A DNA stretch of 64,000 nt from Cycas panzhihuaensis (Eukaryota > Plantae > Cycadophyta), in the NCBI GenBank assembly GCA_023213395.1, contig CM041465.1, forward strand, positions 36,153,741-36,217,740. Reading direction: 5' to 3'. The position numbers were made by a program, and so were the translations under genes. Below the pieces are notes generated by a model. That model did no database searches and was not told the origin of the DNA. It saw nothing but the letters and a program-made list of their open reading frames with translations. Below are positions 13,944-28,600 of this stretch, piece after piece; positions within the stretch are counted from its first letter, which is position 1, and each line of letters starts with the position of its first letter.

Positions 13944-15322
13944 TTTAGGTAGAAAATAGAATAAGACTAGCTACTAAAGCACATTTTTACATGGCTAAAA
14001 ACACACAACAGATGATTGAGAATAACAGAAATACTGAGTGCAATAGGGGCCATGAAACCTTCCTTCTTACTATCTCTCGCCCCTGCTGAAGGATTAGTTA
14101 TTGCAATGTCTAGTAGAGGACACACCTGGGTCCTTATCCGAGGGGTTCCAGAACTATAAAACCTGGACAAGAGTAGCGCAAACTTTTATCCATGCCTAGC
14201 CTAATAAATAACTGTCCTACCGATACATCTTAGGCCATACTTTCTCCGCAGAATCACCTGATTCAATGATGCCTCAAACTATTCCAACCTGGATCGAGGC
14301 TGCCATACCCATCCCAAACGTCTTCGCGCCTAGATGTTTTTGAGTGCCATAGCACCCGTCTCTGACTAAACCTCTCTGGAAGTAGATCTAGAGCCAAAGT
14401 AGGTCACCACCACCATGGTGATGGACAAAACCTTAATCCTAGATCATTTTAGAGTTGTCCAATGAAGTCTCTGACCACTCTGCCCCACCGCCTTGAGTTC
14501 TCCTTGCTGCCCTACTTTACTTTGGCCTCGCTAGGTCGATTCTTGTCCCCATTGATTGATTGAAGGGCATATGTTCTAGGGAAATGATGACCTCATCAAC
14601 TGCTCCCAAGAAGATGCCCTCATTTGTCTCCTGGTCTGGTCCTCCTTGGACGCTGTAGAGTCGTCTGCTCAGTTGGAGAATCTTGTCCCACGCCCCAACA
14701 TGGGAGAACTTCGACTTGGATATAAGGAGGAGAGCTAGATCCTACAGCTCTCCACCATCGCAGCCTTGGCTAGCCCCTGCCTATTGTAGAATGATCGTCA
14801 CAAGCGAACCCTAAGTGTGCAGTCACTTCTAGTCTAGGGTTTTTTCTTCTTTGGTTTGCCAATCACACATGGAAATATAACATGCCTTGTCCTATCTTAT
14901 ATTTATTTTATTTAAAGGGTTTATTTAACTCTTGTTATATTTTTCAAGTTACTTTCATTTTCTATTAAAAGGAACCTTATTTATTAACAAGACCACATCT
15001 AAAATCTATTTTTATATTAAAAAGATAATCTTCTAGGTGAAAACCCTTTTTCTAGCCTTATAAGGGGAACAATTAGGACTTTTAAAGTTACCAACCCATA
15101 TATGCCCTTGGCCTACTTATATTAGATGATAAATGTCATTGGATATCATGTGTAATAGGTGGTAGGCTGAGGTGGAGTACACTATCTTTTTAGAGTTTGG
15201 AGACTAGGCTAGACTTAGGGGGGTGAGTGCTTTGGTTTGAAAAGCTTTCACCACTAAATCTATCACTAAGCATAAGTCTGGTGTAGGTGGATTAATAGAT
15301 CATAGAGATCTTGTACCTTCAT

Positions 15323-17162
15323 ATGATTAGTAAAGATGTTATATTCAAAGAAGATGATTACTATTAATTATATTATATCTAAGATAAAGGTAAGAATATT
15401 ATGATTAACTTTGATTCATCTCTAAGGTCCATATATATGCCACCTAGATAGTATTCAAGGCAAAATATTGATGTATCAAGGCCAACTGAAGGGGGAACCT
15501 CTACTTAATCTTAAAGGTTTCCCAAATAGGTCTAAAGAAGCCATAACTTAGACAATATATTGAATAATAACTTTGATAGGATATCTACTCGTTTAAGTCA
15601 AGTTAACTTCCCCCTTATGAGTCAAGTGATGGAAGTCCATGAGCCTCATACTATTGAAGAGGCAAATACTCATGATGAATGGAGAAAAGCTATGAAAGAG
15701 GGGTATAATTCTATAGTAAAAAATGATACATAGAAACTTGTTGATCTTCCTTCCAATAAAATAACTATTAGGGCAAAATGCATTTATAAGACTAAGTTCA
15801 GATCTAATGGGTCCATTAACAAACATAAGGCTAGACTTGTTGCTAGAGGATATGTATAAAGAGAAGGCATATATTATAATAAAATATTTATCCCTATTGC
15901 TTGGATGGAAATAATTTGAATGATATTAGGTCTGGTAGCCCAAAACAGTTAAGATGTTCACCGAATAGACATTAAAAGTGCTTTTGTCAATGGCTACATT
16001 GAAGAGGAAATATATGTTCAACAACCAAAAGGTTTTAAAGTTAGGAGGAAAAATAATAAAGTGTATAAACTTAAAAAGGAACTTTGTAGCTTGAAATAAG
16101 AACCTAAAGCATGGTACTCTAGGATAGATAAATATTTTAGAGATCAAGGATTTAAGAGAACCCAATCAGATCGAAATCTATATATTAAAATCAAAGGAGA
16201 CTCTATATTGATTATGGGACTTTATATTGATGATTTAGTTTATACAAGAAATGACTCCTATCTTTCTAAAAAAATTCAAGGATGACATATATAAGAAATT
16301 TAAAATGACAGACTTGAGGCTAATGTATTACTTCTTAAGGTTACAAGTTTGGCATGATGATGATAGTATTTTTATCTCCCAAAGGAAGTATACCTTAGAG
16401 TTACTCCAAAAGTTCAAGATGAGTGACTCCAAGGCCCTATCCACATCAGTAAAAGTTGAAATTAAATTATCCAAACTTGATGATTCTACTCTTGTTGAAC
16501 CTATATTATATAGACAGTTCATTGGAAGCCTAATATATTTAACATTAACACAACCAGATATCATGTATGCAATTAGTGTTATGTCAAGGTTTATGCAAGA
16601 TGCTAAAATTACACATTGGCAAGTGACTAAATAAACCCTAAGGTATCTAAAAAGAACAATAAACTATGGGTTACATTATAAACCTTTATCAAATTTTAGA
16701 TTAATCAAATATATAGATTCATATTGGGTAGGTGATGTTATCGATAGAAAGTCTACTTCTGAATACACCTTTAGTTTAGGTTCAACAACTATAGCATAAA
16801 GTACCAAAAAATAGAATACCATCTCCTTATCCACAACTAAAGTAAAATATAAGGCAACAGTGTTAGGTGCATGTGAAATGGTTTAGCTATGTCATCTACT
16901 TCATGATCTCTAAGTGAAATAGGATGGTCCTACCAAAATATAATGTGATAATTAGAGTACTATTTAGATGATATGTAATCTAGTTTTCCATGGAAAAACT
17001 AAACACATTGAGACACAACATCATTTCATATGGGAACTTATCCAAGAAGGAGAAATAGAGTTGGTTTACTATAGCACAAAAGATCAAACAACATATATTT
17101 TTACAAAGGTACTTGGAAAAATTAAATTCTACAAATTTAGAGATAAGCTTGGAGTTACATAA
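15323..17162 (+). pseudogene. Copia pol remnant of element B (post-integrase linker, RT, RNase H only)
   Basis: ISKDVIFKE, KHKARLVARGY, IKSAFVNGYIEEEIYVQQP, GLYIDDLV, YRQFIGSLIYL, VFHGKTKHIE...FRDKLGV; no gag, PR or INT core recognised upstream. Confidence 0.9.
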
Positions 17163-17385
17163 AATAAACATTACGAGGGAGAATATTAGTAAATAATGTT
17201 CATTTTTACTAAGGAGTGTATATAATGGAATTGGGACTCTGTCGGGCTATCTCCAGCCATCTTCAGCCAACATAGGGAAGGGGGATTTAATTTTTATTTA
17301 AAAAAAGGTGTTAGTCAATAACAGGATTGCCCAACATCCCAACTATAAATATAAGGTGAAAATACTCACCAGTGTTCTTTAATAC

Positions 17386-20300
17386 TGATGGATGTTAATG
17401 TATCAATATTATTAGATTAATTAAAGGTGACTTTAGATTAGCTAAGTTACATAGTTAAATATAATTTTATTTATATTTAAGTGTAATTTTAGGATCGTAT
17501 CATTAGGTAGAAAACTCCTATGGAAACTCTAATACACATCCCCTGATATATAAGACTGAATGTGAAGGGGAGAGTCATAATTTTTACCTCTCATTTTTGC
17601 TCTCAATCTTGTTCTCTCTATTTTACTCTTCTTATGTGCCATTCTTTTAGTGTAGTGGATTGTGACACTATATCTTTTACCTAACAACTAGTATCAGAGC
17701 CATTGTTGACCATATTTTCCTACTAGGCTTATACAGAGCTATTAATGCCTCTCATTCACAATTCATGTGAGATTGAGGGCTCATTTGAGAATTTTATTTT
17801 ATATTAGAGAGCTTAAAATCTTATTATTTTATATGTTATTGTATTTTCCATGTATATAGAATTATAGAGGTGAAAATAATTGATTTTGAAGTTGTTTGAC
17901 TATCGAAATAACTCTAGATTGCATTGAAGACCTAAAATTTTGTTAAATTTTTTATAGTATCAGATTTTAATAATATTTAATGTTTAGGGTTACCCATTTA
18001 ATAGGAGTAATTTTGTCTTCTAGAGTATCTTTAGATTCAACTTGTAATAACCAGTTTTAGCTCAAACTTAGTTTTACCCATATAGATGATCTTCTGCTAA
18101 TTTCTTCATATTTGATTGATTTTTGCTATATTTTTTAAAGGGTTTTAGTAGATCTAGGTAAAATATCAATTTTAGATCTAGTATCACTAAATTTTATTAA
18201 GTGAGATTTTTTCTAAAAAATATCCAAATTCACAAATGCATGGCCTATGGCACTTTTCTTAATGAAAAATTTAAATTTGACCTGATAATTTAAAATTTTT
18301 TAAAGCAGTTTACTAGATTTATATCTCAAGAGGATTTTAAAACTAGTTTCATTAAATTTCATCCACTTGTTGATGAGAATTTTATAGTTTTATGATGAAT
18401 GTTGAATTTACCTATTTAACCCCGTAAAAAAATGTTGTAAAGGCATTTTGGGCAGTTTCTTAGCCATTTTCAAGTTGTTGCAAAAGAAAAAGTTGATATA
18501 TCATCAAAACAAAGATTTTTACATATTAAAGTTTGGATTATGAGATAGTGAATTTGGTAAAATTCTACTTTTATGCTTTTTATTTGTGCAAATATTTTTT
18601 TGTATCTTATCAGAAATGACATGCTGAGCACTTTTTTCTTCTGTCACAAATTTAGATTGTATCATCTAGGCCTCTATATTTGTAATTTTTATAAAATTTT
18701 ACCTATTTATTATTATTTATAAATTTTGTAAAATAAAATCATAAAATAGGTAAATTAACATGCTTCTAGATTTAGAAAAATCATCATCTTAGTAGCAGGT
18801 TGATCTACTTTTTAGAACTTTATGGCTTTTACATTAAAATTTCTGAAATTATATTTAGAAATATTATACTAAAGCAAGGGAAACCTTAGATTAGAAGCAA
18901 CATCTGGTTCCCCTTCTAAATCTACTATACTCTTTCTATTTTTATACATGGTATAAAATAAACACATAAAGCAATAATAATAATAAGTAAGCACGAAAGG
19001 TAAGTAAGTATTTGATATACTTCTATTTTAGTTTTAAAGTTCAAGTTATTCAAAAATAACTTACAATCTTTCCTAAAAGGAATCTCATTCGTATGTCTTA
19101 TACTGCCAGTTCTTTACCTATGCGCACACTTGCCTTAGTTGAAATTGATCACGATTAGCCAAAATATGGGCCCTAAGGGAGGTATGAGTTTCATACTAGG
19201 TTTAGTCTTAACCAAAATAGTGGTGGAGGGATAGGTTGGCCATACCTACAGCTTCTAATTAGCGATAATCCTAATAACCACTCAGGAAAACTAAAAACTC
19301 TAATCAAGATTAAAATATAGTCAGTCTAATATCTTTCATAGCTATAGGATATATATGTATCACCTTTTGAGGTTAGGTATATTACTATTCATCAGTGAAC
19401 AAGATGAGGATTGGTAGTACCTAGGTTCCATATTGTCTCAGCAACAGTATGAGTATCACGGGTGAATGCCCTAATATATATACTAGAAGCCCTCTTAGGC
19501 ATCAACACCTTAACTACTTTGGACTTGAGATAGAGGTTTGGGTTTGATCACACATCCTACATCACACTTGGTTTTTAGTTATGTGCACCCATATAATGAC
19601 TTCTACATGGGCACAATCTTGATTGTTTAATCACATGATATATCATTTATCTTTGTGATCCTTATATTACCATTTATACATATCATCAAACCTTGCTATG
19701 TCAAGAGTATTTGCTACAAGTTTTAGTGGCCTATTATCATTACTTGATATTTAATCATATTCCCCATATCGCGCCAGGTTTATCAAGCACACATGTCAGT
19801 GGCATTTTCATTTACTATTTTTTTACTATCTCTTTTACTTCATTATCTTTACTATGTCTTCTCAATTTAAGTAGAATATAAACTGTATCTTGAAAGGGAA
19901 AAATAATTGCGATCTATATTATACTGAAGTTAAGAATACTTCTAAGTATGAAGGCCTTTAGAAAGCCCATCTACAACTTACACTTGTAATCTCTATGATA
20001 GTAACAACACTTGCCTTTGGAGGAATACCACATGTAGATCCAATAGATCCTACAACTAAATTACAATGGGAAATTGATGATGAGAATATTCATACAAGTA
20101 TTCTATTGGTGACTGTTCACTTCCTACATAATCTAATCAATGAATAACAATATGATACAGCCTGGAAAGTCCTTGAGGTTCTTAAAAAGAATTTTGATAC
20201 AAAGTATGACCTTGAATTTATTCATCTAGTCTTAAAGATGACTAAGATGAAGACGCAGAAGGGATGTATATATAAAATAATCAACCTCCTTCGACCAATT

Positions 20301-23300
20301 AAATAAGCAATAGATAAGGGTTTTAGGACCCAATATATTATATGGGTACATTAGGCATTTCTTATATAGACTTGTCTACCTATACCTAATTATAAAAACT
20401 TTCTTAGAAGTCTTCAATCAAGTGGAATGTTGAAGACACTTAACTTCAAAGCTCTTCTAGAAAAGTTCATAGAATTTGATAAGACCTTTGATACTAATTT
20501 TACAACTTTAGATCGTCTTCAAGATTTATCTTTTGATGTGGAAGAAGAAGTATGCTTCTCAAAGAATTAGGGTCTCTCTTGTGGTAGAGGAAATACCTGA
20601 GCAAGAGGTAGAGGATGAGGTAGATGAACTTGGCTACTAGGTCAATAGAACCCTCAACAACAGTAAGCTAGATGGTCTTAAGGCTAAGCATCACCTTTCA
20701 ATATAAGATAGTTAGGCCAAACTAGTACATTAGGGACTAGGAATCAAATTATTGTGTGTAAAAGGTATAACAAGAGAGGACACCTTAGAAAGGACTATTG
20801 TATACCTATATACAAGTTGTCTAAGTTTGAAAAGAAATACAAGGCTCACAATATTAATGAAGCATATGAAGAACAATTTATGGGTGTAGGTTTTACTCAA
20901 GCATACATTTAAAAACTTGAGAGAGAAGGTATTAACCAAAGTAAGAGGTATTTTGAAGCCCATTGTGGCTATGTCATTTGTGATCTTAAATCACTAATGC
21001 AAACCTCTCTTTGAGTTGCAAATAACATAACTTTAAATACCTCCTCATAGATTATGGATACAAGAGAGACATAGTATATGACCTATAATCAATATCTATA
21101 TTAAACTTTTGATTCTAATATATATGGTATCGTTCACATGGTTGATAAATCCCAATAACTAGTTAAAGGTATTGCAAACATACACCTGAAACTCCTAGGC
21201 TTGAGAGATTTCATATTACTTGATATCCTATATATTCCTAATCTAAAAAAAATGCTACTCCCCTTATCTACTCTTGTCTCCCATAGATTTGATCTTAGTA
21301 TTAATGTAAATGACTAAACTCATTAGGCTATTTACCCTCTAATAAATCACGTGGTTTTGACTAGAGTACTTATTAGCAAATTATTTAGATTGAATGACTC
21401 CCTATCTTCTAAAGCCAATTATGATTAAATCCCTTATGCTAATAAATACTTCACTTTTAATACCACTTTGACACACCCTAAGTTGTTCCCAAAAGCTCTT
21501 TAGCATGCTCACATGGGCCATGTTTATATCAATCGACTTAGAGATCTTTGTCACACCCTTCTAGGTTTGTCCAAGTTCTCTTCCAAGCCCTTTGAATGCG
21601 AAGTTTGTATAATAGCCAAATCTCATAGACAACTCTTTGCCAACATTCATTAGAAATTGAATCATCCTCTTCAATTGATATATTATGATCTATGCAAACC
21701 AATACCCATTCCATCATTGAAGCAAAAATTATATTACATATCCTTCATTGATGATTTTACTAGGAAAGTGTGGGTGGTTTTTCTAACTAGGAAAGATAAG
21801 GTATTTGGTATCTTTATATCTTTCAAAGCTCATATAAAAAAGGAGTCAGGTTATCAGATCAAGTGTCTTTGAATATATAGTGGTGGAGAATATACCTCTA
21901 CTAAGTTTGAAACCTACTTATAATATAACAACATCGAGTATCACATTATAATAGTAGGCATCCCCTAATAGAATAGAGTTTTCAAGCACATGAACAAGTC
22001 TATTATGAATATGGCTCGAGCTATATTGGTTTATAAAAATATACTTGGTTACCGATGGGAGGAAGCAATTTGGATAGTTGTTTACTACATGAATGCTATC
22101 AGCCCATCTAAAGGAGGAACTTTTCCTAATGAAAAGTAGACTAGGTAGGCTCCCACTACCTACCACTTTAGAATATTTAGATCAACATATTATGCCCATA
22201 TATTGGATGAATATAGAAATAAACTCTAGCCCAGAGCACTTAAAGTTATCTTTATTAGATACCCTATAGACAAGAAAGGGTACAAGGTCTCTATACCTTC
22301 ACAGCAGAAGATTATCATCATTAGAGATGTGGTGTTTGCTGAAATAGAGGATCACTTATTACAATTGGACTCTAAAATAGTAAATTGGTATTTCTATGAT
22401 ACTACTTAATATGATGTACATATTCTAAACTTTGGAGAGGGGAGACACTCAAGAGTTACTCAAACTATAAGAATTTGATAATAGAGCCATGGAGGATAAC
22501 AACTATAACTCTAAACTAATAAGTGCACATCATGCACCACTATTTGAGAATAATAGAGTTGATAAAGGCAAAGTAGTAGAAGATGGACCATGCTCCCCAG
22601 ATGTATTAATATCCTCCTAAAAAAATATGCAAAATGATCATTTTCAAGATCTAAATAAAGACTATATAGTTGGAGAAATGAAGAGCTCATTCCTAACTCA
22701 AGGTTTTTATGAAGCTTGCTAGCTGAATAAGGATATACGACCTGATAAGGTGGGTAAAATTAGCACTAGAAGCACCTACAGAGTCCAGATGCAAGAATCA
22801 CTTTTCATTAAGTTAGAACTGATAAAATTGCATCTTGCTCTTAATGAAGAGCCCCTCTCATACCACAAAGTGATAAAACACACAGCTTGGAGGAATGTCA
22901 TAAATGAAAAGTATTAATCTCTCATAAAAAATGGTACATAGAAGCTTGTCAATCTACCACTTAGAAGATAGGTAGTTTAAAATAAATGGATATATAAAAA
23001 TAAATACAAATCTTGTGGCACCCTTGAAAACACAAGGCGTGGTTAGTAGCAAAGTGATTCATACAAAGAGAAGGCATCAACTACATTAAAGTCTTTGCAC
23101 CTACAACTAAGTGATCCATAATTAGAACTCTTGTGGCCTTGATAGCTTAATAGGGATGGAAGATTCACTAGCTCAATATGAAAACCACATTTCTCAATGG
23201 TGATCTTGAAGAAGAAATCTACATGGCTCAACTTGAAGGATTTGAGATTGCTAGTCAAAAGCATAAGGTGTGTAGGCTCAAAAAGTCCTTATATGGCCTT

Positions 23301-25158
23301 AAATAAGCCCCTTGTGCTTGGTTAACCAAGTTATTAGAAAGAATGAGGGAACTTGGATATGAGGTTTGTGACTACCAGGATATGATGCAACATTGTTCAT
23401 CAAATTCCAAAAGGATAAAGTTATTTATCTCTTAATCTTTATGAATGATATGCTTATAACAGAGAATAATGAATAGATAATTAGGCAGCTAAAGAAGGAC
23501 TTAGCTAAAACATTTGAATTATCTGATCTTGGGTTGATGAAATACTACTTGGAGATTAAAGTCACTCAAAAGGATGGTAAAATCTTTCTTTATCAAGAAA
23601 AGTACATCAACCATCTTCTAACAAAGTTTTAGTTGGAAGATGTTCAACCTATAGCCACTCTAATGGAACCCAATATTAAAATGATAGCTGATGGTGATGA
23701 TTGAGAGGTAGACATAATACTTTATATATACCTTGTAGGTAGTCTCATTTATACTACTAATATAAGACTTGATATTGCACACTTTGTCAATATTCTTGCT
23801 CATTACATGATAAATCCTAAGTAGAATCATTGATAGGTGGTAGTACGAGTGTTGAGGTACCTTAAGATGACTAACAAATATGGTCTACTATACGAACCTA
23901 ATTTAGAGTTTAAATTATATGCATACATAGACTTGAACTTTATCGAAGATAAAGACATAGGGAGATCCACATCTGGGTATGTAATATTTCTTAGAATAGC
24001 ACCAATATCATGGAGATCTAGATAATAGAAGATAGTTACAGATTCAATTGCTAAAGTTGAATACATTTCTACTTTTGAGACTAATAAGGAGGTGATATGA
24101 CTTAGAAAATTATTGGAAACATTGAATATCATCCAAATAAGTCCTACTAGCCTTAATATAGATAATCAATCAGTAATCCACATGGCTAAGAATCTTGTAT
24201 TTTATGATAAGACTAAATATATCAGTACTAAATTCCACATGATTTAAGAACTAGTTCATGACATCACAATTCAGCTAGAGTACTACCCCACAGTAGATCA
24301 AGTGGCTGATATTTTTACCAAACTGTTGTAAAGGGTGGAGTTTGAATAGTTCCATAGGCAGCTTAGCCTTCGGGCCTCCATTTCCAACTAATTAGAGGAG
24401 ATGATGATAGAATCAACATACTTTGTCCCATTCGTAAAAATCTCATATGGGCACAGAAGGATAAGAGTAAGTCTCTACTCTATCCTATTAGTCTCTACTC
24501 TATGATATTTGTGAAAATCCCTTATGGGCATGAAAAGATAAGGATTATACTAGTCTTAGAAAATTAAAACTTATAAAAATCTAAAAGGGCATGGGGGATG
24601 ACTAAACGGTATATGGAGACTTAGGAGATCAAGATGTGTATTTAAGTTGCTTAGCTATTAGGCTACATTAAGAGCCACCTTAGTTATTTTAGTTTATAAA
24701 ATGGGCTATAGATCTTAGAAAGTTTGTGGACTTTTATTCCCCATGAGGGTTTTCCCACAAAAGCGTTATTTAGAATTTTAATATAAAAATGAGGCTCAAA
24801 TGAAGACCTCATAGAATAGATTTTATCATAATGACCTTTTACCATTAAGGGGAGGATTGATGGATGTTAATGTATCAAGGTCATTAGATTAATTAAAGGT
24901 GACTTTAGATTAGCTAAGTTACATAGTTACATATAATTTTATTTATATTTAAGTGCAATTTTAGGATCATGTCATTAGGTGGGAAACTCCTCTAGAAACC
25001 CTTATGCACATCCTTTGATATATAAGACTAAATGTGAAGGGGAGAGTCATAATTCTTACCTCTCATTTTTGCTCTCAATTTTATTCTCTCTATTTTTTTC
25101 TTCTTATGTGCCATTGCTTTAGTATAGTGGATTGTGGCACTAGATCCTTTACTCAACA
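17386..25158 (+). mobile_element. Full-length decayed Ty1/copia element C inserted in the 3' LTR of B
   Basis: 301-bp LTRs at 17386-17686 and 24858-25158 (about 30 mismatches by manual count); PBS TAGTATCAGAGCC 17689-17701; PPT AAGGGGAGGA 24847-24856; TSD AATAC/AACAC, matching AACAC in the 5' LTR of B. Confidence 0.95.
19854..24390 (+). pseudogene. Copia gag-pol of element C (gag, PR, INT, RT, RH), heavily stop-disrupted
   Basis: Integrase LQLIYYDLCKPIPIPS...YYISFIDDFTRKVWV; RT and RH motifs such as RVLRYLK and GRSTSGYVIF; ~2.2-kb leader before gag. Confidence 0.9.
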
Positions 25159-27171
25159 AACACCACCATTCATTTGGAATATTTATTAATTTTTCTCCAA
25201 TATGGCTTAATACCTATTCTGCTCTATCCCCATACACTCTGTAATTAACAAGTTTCTTTTAAACATATCAAGGTGGTGTTTACTCAATTATACTTTCACA
25301 ATCAGGTGATTATCCTTCAACTTTAATCAATTTTCATCATTTCATTTGATATGTATTAGCCAAAACACTACATCAAATGGCCTTTTCTTTTAGAGGGATC
25401 AGCATCAATATTCTAATATATAAGATGTATTATTTTTCTCCTTTATTCATTAAATAAGTTATCAAATGTGCTTAAAATTTCTTAAAATGAGTTATTATTT
25501 TTTCTTTATTTTTTATTAAAGTTTACTAATACATTCCAAGGAAACCTTTGGAATATATTTTCCAATGTTTTTTTTTGTTTTGAATTTTGATTTTATATGA
25601 ATAATTTATATGTACAATACCACCAATCTATTATAAAATTAAATTAAGATTTAGATTATCCTTTGATACCTTTTCCTCTAAGGACTTAGTCACACTAAAT
25701 TGTCTATATAATTGTGTGCCTACAAATTTTAGTAAAATTTTTGAGTGACTATGTATTTGATCATCTTCTTATATGGGTAAATTTTGCATTTATTTTTAGT
25801 ATTTTGAGTATATCTTAGTTGCCAAACATGTTAAACAACCTATAATCAATCTAAAAACCCCAAAATATTGAAAATAATAGAAATGCATTAGTCAAAATAC
25901 TATTTTTATTTCATTTTATATGCACATAAGGGATTAATTAGGTGACTCTGTGGTGATGAATAAAAGAAATGAATGGTAATATGCATGAGTAGATTATATG
26001 ATTAAAATAACACAAAGGCAAATCAAAGCTATTATAAACACTCCTGTAGCTCCATCATGAAGAAATCTTAAAAAATAAAAAAATTATTTTTACTTCTTTG
26101 ATGTGAGAATTGATGTTTCGGTCTATGTAATGGTTTCTTCTTTACTTTTCCTTACTTGACTTCATTCTCTCCTGGCATGTTGATACTTCACAGGCCTCCT
26201 CAAGATCTTCTCACCTTAAGTTTTAATACCATATTAAAATTTGTTACATGCTTAGATATCATATTTGAAATTTTATATGTATATAAGTAGGATATAAATC
26301 AACATCATCAATATGTGTGTATGTAGTAGCTTAATAAATCATATGATCAAATAAACAACATCAAAGATATCAAGAGTAATCAATAAATGACATTCAACCA
26401 AGATATATGATATAACATTTAATATGGAAAACCTTAATGGAGAATACCATTCCTAAATCATGTGTGAGATCTCATATTAATAAATCATGATGAGCCATCC
26501 TAGTCTCATAAGGAGAACTAGGTGATCTACTTTGTCTTTTATTATACATGCCCTTATATACTTATGTCAACTCATCACCATCTAATGATATTATACTAAA
26601 TATTAACTACTTATATCATGTGTGAGAACCTTTACATTAATAACACATCAATTAATTAATAATAATTAAATACTACATTGAATATTATGACACTTAATAT
26701 TCTAATATATTGACACTAAACTAAAAGTGAATTTGAAGTTGGTAACTAGGTGTATGTGCCACTTCAATCATATAAAAAAGTAATACTAACTAAGGGAAGC
26801 TTAAACTTATGCCTTGCTTCTATAAATAATTTTAGATAAGAAGAAGGGTGGGTGAGATCATGTATGTGTTAGACCTATCCCCTCATACTAAGATCCATTA
26901 TATATTTCACATTTCAAGTATAAAGGAAAAAGTGGGATCTAATGTCATCACCCTAATATAATTATCAATTACCAATAAGGAGGAAAATTTGATTTTGGAA
27001 CCATAACACATTCTTAAGACTTGACAGAGGAAACTTTGATCCAAAATAATAATATAAAACCTTATTTCATAGACAGAGCTACCATTAAAACATGCCACTT
27101 AGGAATCTCATGAGTTCATTGATCATCACCTTAAGCATTGTGGGCAAAGCTCTTATCTCAACATTAGGGCA

Positions 27172-28600
27172 TGTTACAAACCCCAAATAAGCTAACATTG
27201 ACAAAATAAATAAAATAGTATTTAAGGATTAGTAAGTAATTTGATAGTGTGTGGTTTTGGATTTAATCTTCATTGGATTCTATATCTTATTGGGGCATAT
27301 TACAATTGTAAATTCTATTTTTTATCATTAATTTATTTTCCTTTTTTTTTCTTCATTCTAGCTGCCACAAATAAATTCTTATTACTAGTATATATTCAAA
27401 GTGTTTATGAATAAACTAAACTAGAAAATAAATTAATTTCATTTTTAAAAGTGATTATGGGTATATTATTTAATGATGATATATTCTAGTAACTAATGTA
27501 CTACATCAAACTTTAAATAATGGCTTAAAATCTAAGTTACTTACATGCTCAAGGATGTATGTAAGCTTTCTTGTACAAGGATGCTTAGGACTAATAACAA
27601 GTATAGGGATACATGTGCCCTTTTCTATATGGATGTAAGAGGGTGAGTAGCTCATGTGTATAAGGATGCATGTGGTTTTTTTTGTAGGGATGGTTGAGAT
27701 GGGTATGATTAGGTGTAGAAGGATGTACATGATTTTATGCATAAGGATGCACGAGAAAACCAAAAAGAAAATGAATGAAAAATCACCTACGTGGATGGAC
27801 CAAATCACCAAGGTGGCCTATGTACAAGGATACACACTTGATTCCACTCATACTTTATGGTTTTTATTAAGGAATAATTTATAGAGATGAATTGTATTGG
27901 GATGGATTCACACTAACTCTATAGGGATAGATTATTGTTATCATGTCCATAGGGATGGATTATATAATAATCCTAAAACTAGTATTAAATTAGTTTTGAG
28001 GTTAATATTTATTTTAAATGGTTATTATTATAAAGTTAGTTTTTTTAATATTCCCATTTTAGTCTTTATAAATATGGGAGTCCTTTAACCCATGATGTAT
28101 GTAATACTATTCTTTTATAATAGATTAAAATCTTATTTTGGCACTTCAGCACGTAGCATATTTTCCATCTAGTATAATTAATCTATTGTTTTTGCTATTA
28201 TTTTTTGTTGAATATTTATTTTGGGTTTATTACAAGATAATTATAGCACATGAAAAATTTATTAGGCACCAAAGTACTAAAAGAGGATTTTAACTCATTA
28301 TAAAAGAATAATATTGCATACATCATGAGTTAGGGGTCTCCCTTATTTATAGGTGCCAAAATAGGCACTTAAAAAAAAAAACCTAATAATAATAATTTAA
28401 ATTAAACATAGATTTTAATAGTAATTCAATACTAGTTTTAGGATTATGTCAAATTACAAGATTAAGGAACACTTGAAATAAATATCTATAGGATTTATAA
28501 TTGGTTATATATAGAAAGGTGATTTTTAGGAAACTAAGTTATCTCAATAAATTCCATTAAGAATAATGATTCATTAGTATTTAAAGGAGAGGCCACTACA
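27172..28600. repeat. Two related LTR copies in opposite orientation (plus copy 27497-28234 inside a minus copy ~27172-28600)
   Basis: ~27965-28170 is the reverse complement of ~28248-28447; plus copy has TGTA...TACA ends; minus-copy ends TGTTACAAACCCC (27172) and GGCCACTACA (28600) resemble the plus-copy ends. No TSD recognised. Confidence 0.65.

Larger units (their letters stand above)
8274..14892 (-). mobile_element. Full-length L1-clade LINE with C-terminal RNase H (older copy, LINE-a)
   Basis: TSD TATCTTATAT at 8264-8273 and 14893-14902; T-rich tail at ~8279-8285; ORF1 and ORF2 present. Confidence 0.93.
6207..25243 (+). mobile_element. Ty1/copia deletion derivative B with nested LINE and copia C
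   Basis: 5' LTR 6207-6508; decayed PBS TAGTATTAGAAT 6511-6522; PPT GAGGGAGAA 17175-17183; 3' LTR split into 17184-17385 and 25164-25243; TSD ATTAA at 6202-6206 and 25244-25248. Confidence 0.92.
5036..26707 (-). mobile_element. Non-autonomous LTR element A (about 2.6 kb once nested inserts are removed)
   Basis: Homologous, strongly diverged LTRs at 5036-5543 and 26232-26707; PBS remnant GTTTTAATACCA at 26220-26231; PPT remnant CTTCCCTTTAA at 5544-5554; AT-rich interior with no recognisable pol. Confidence 0.8.

Noticed and set aside
19110-19620. Group II intron or ribozyme in the leader of C
   Set aside because: No domain V consensus and no hammerhead core (CTGANGA...GAAA) recognised.
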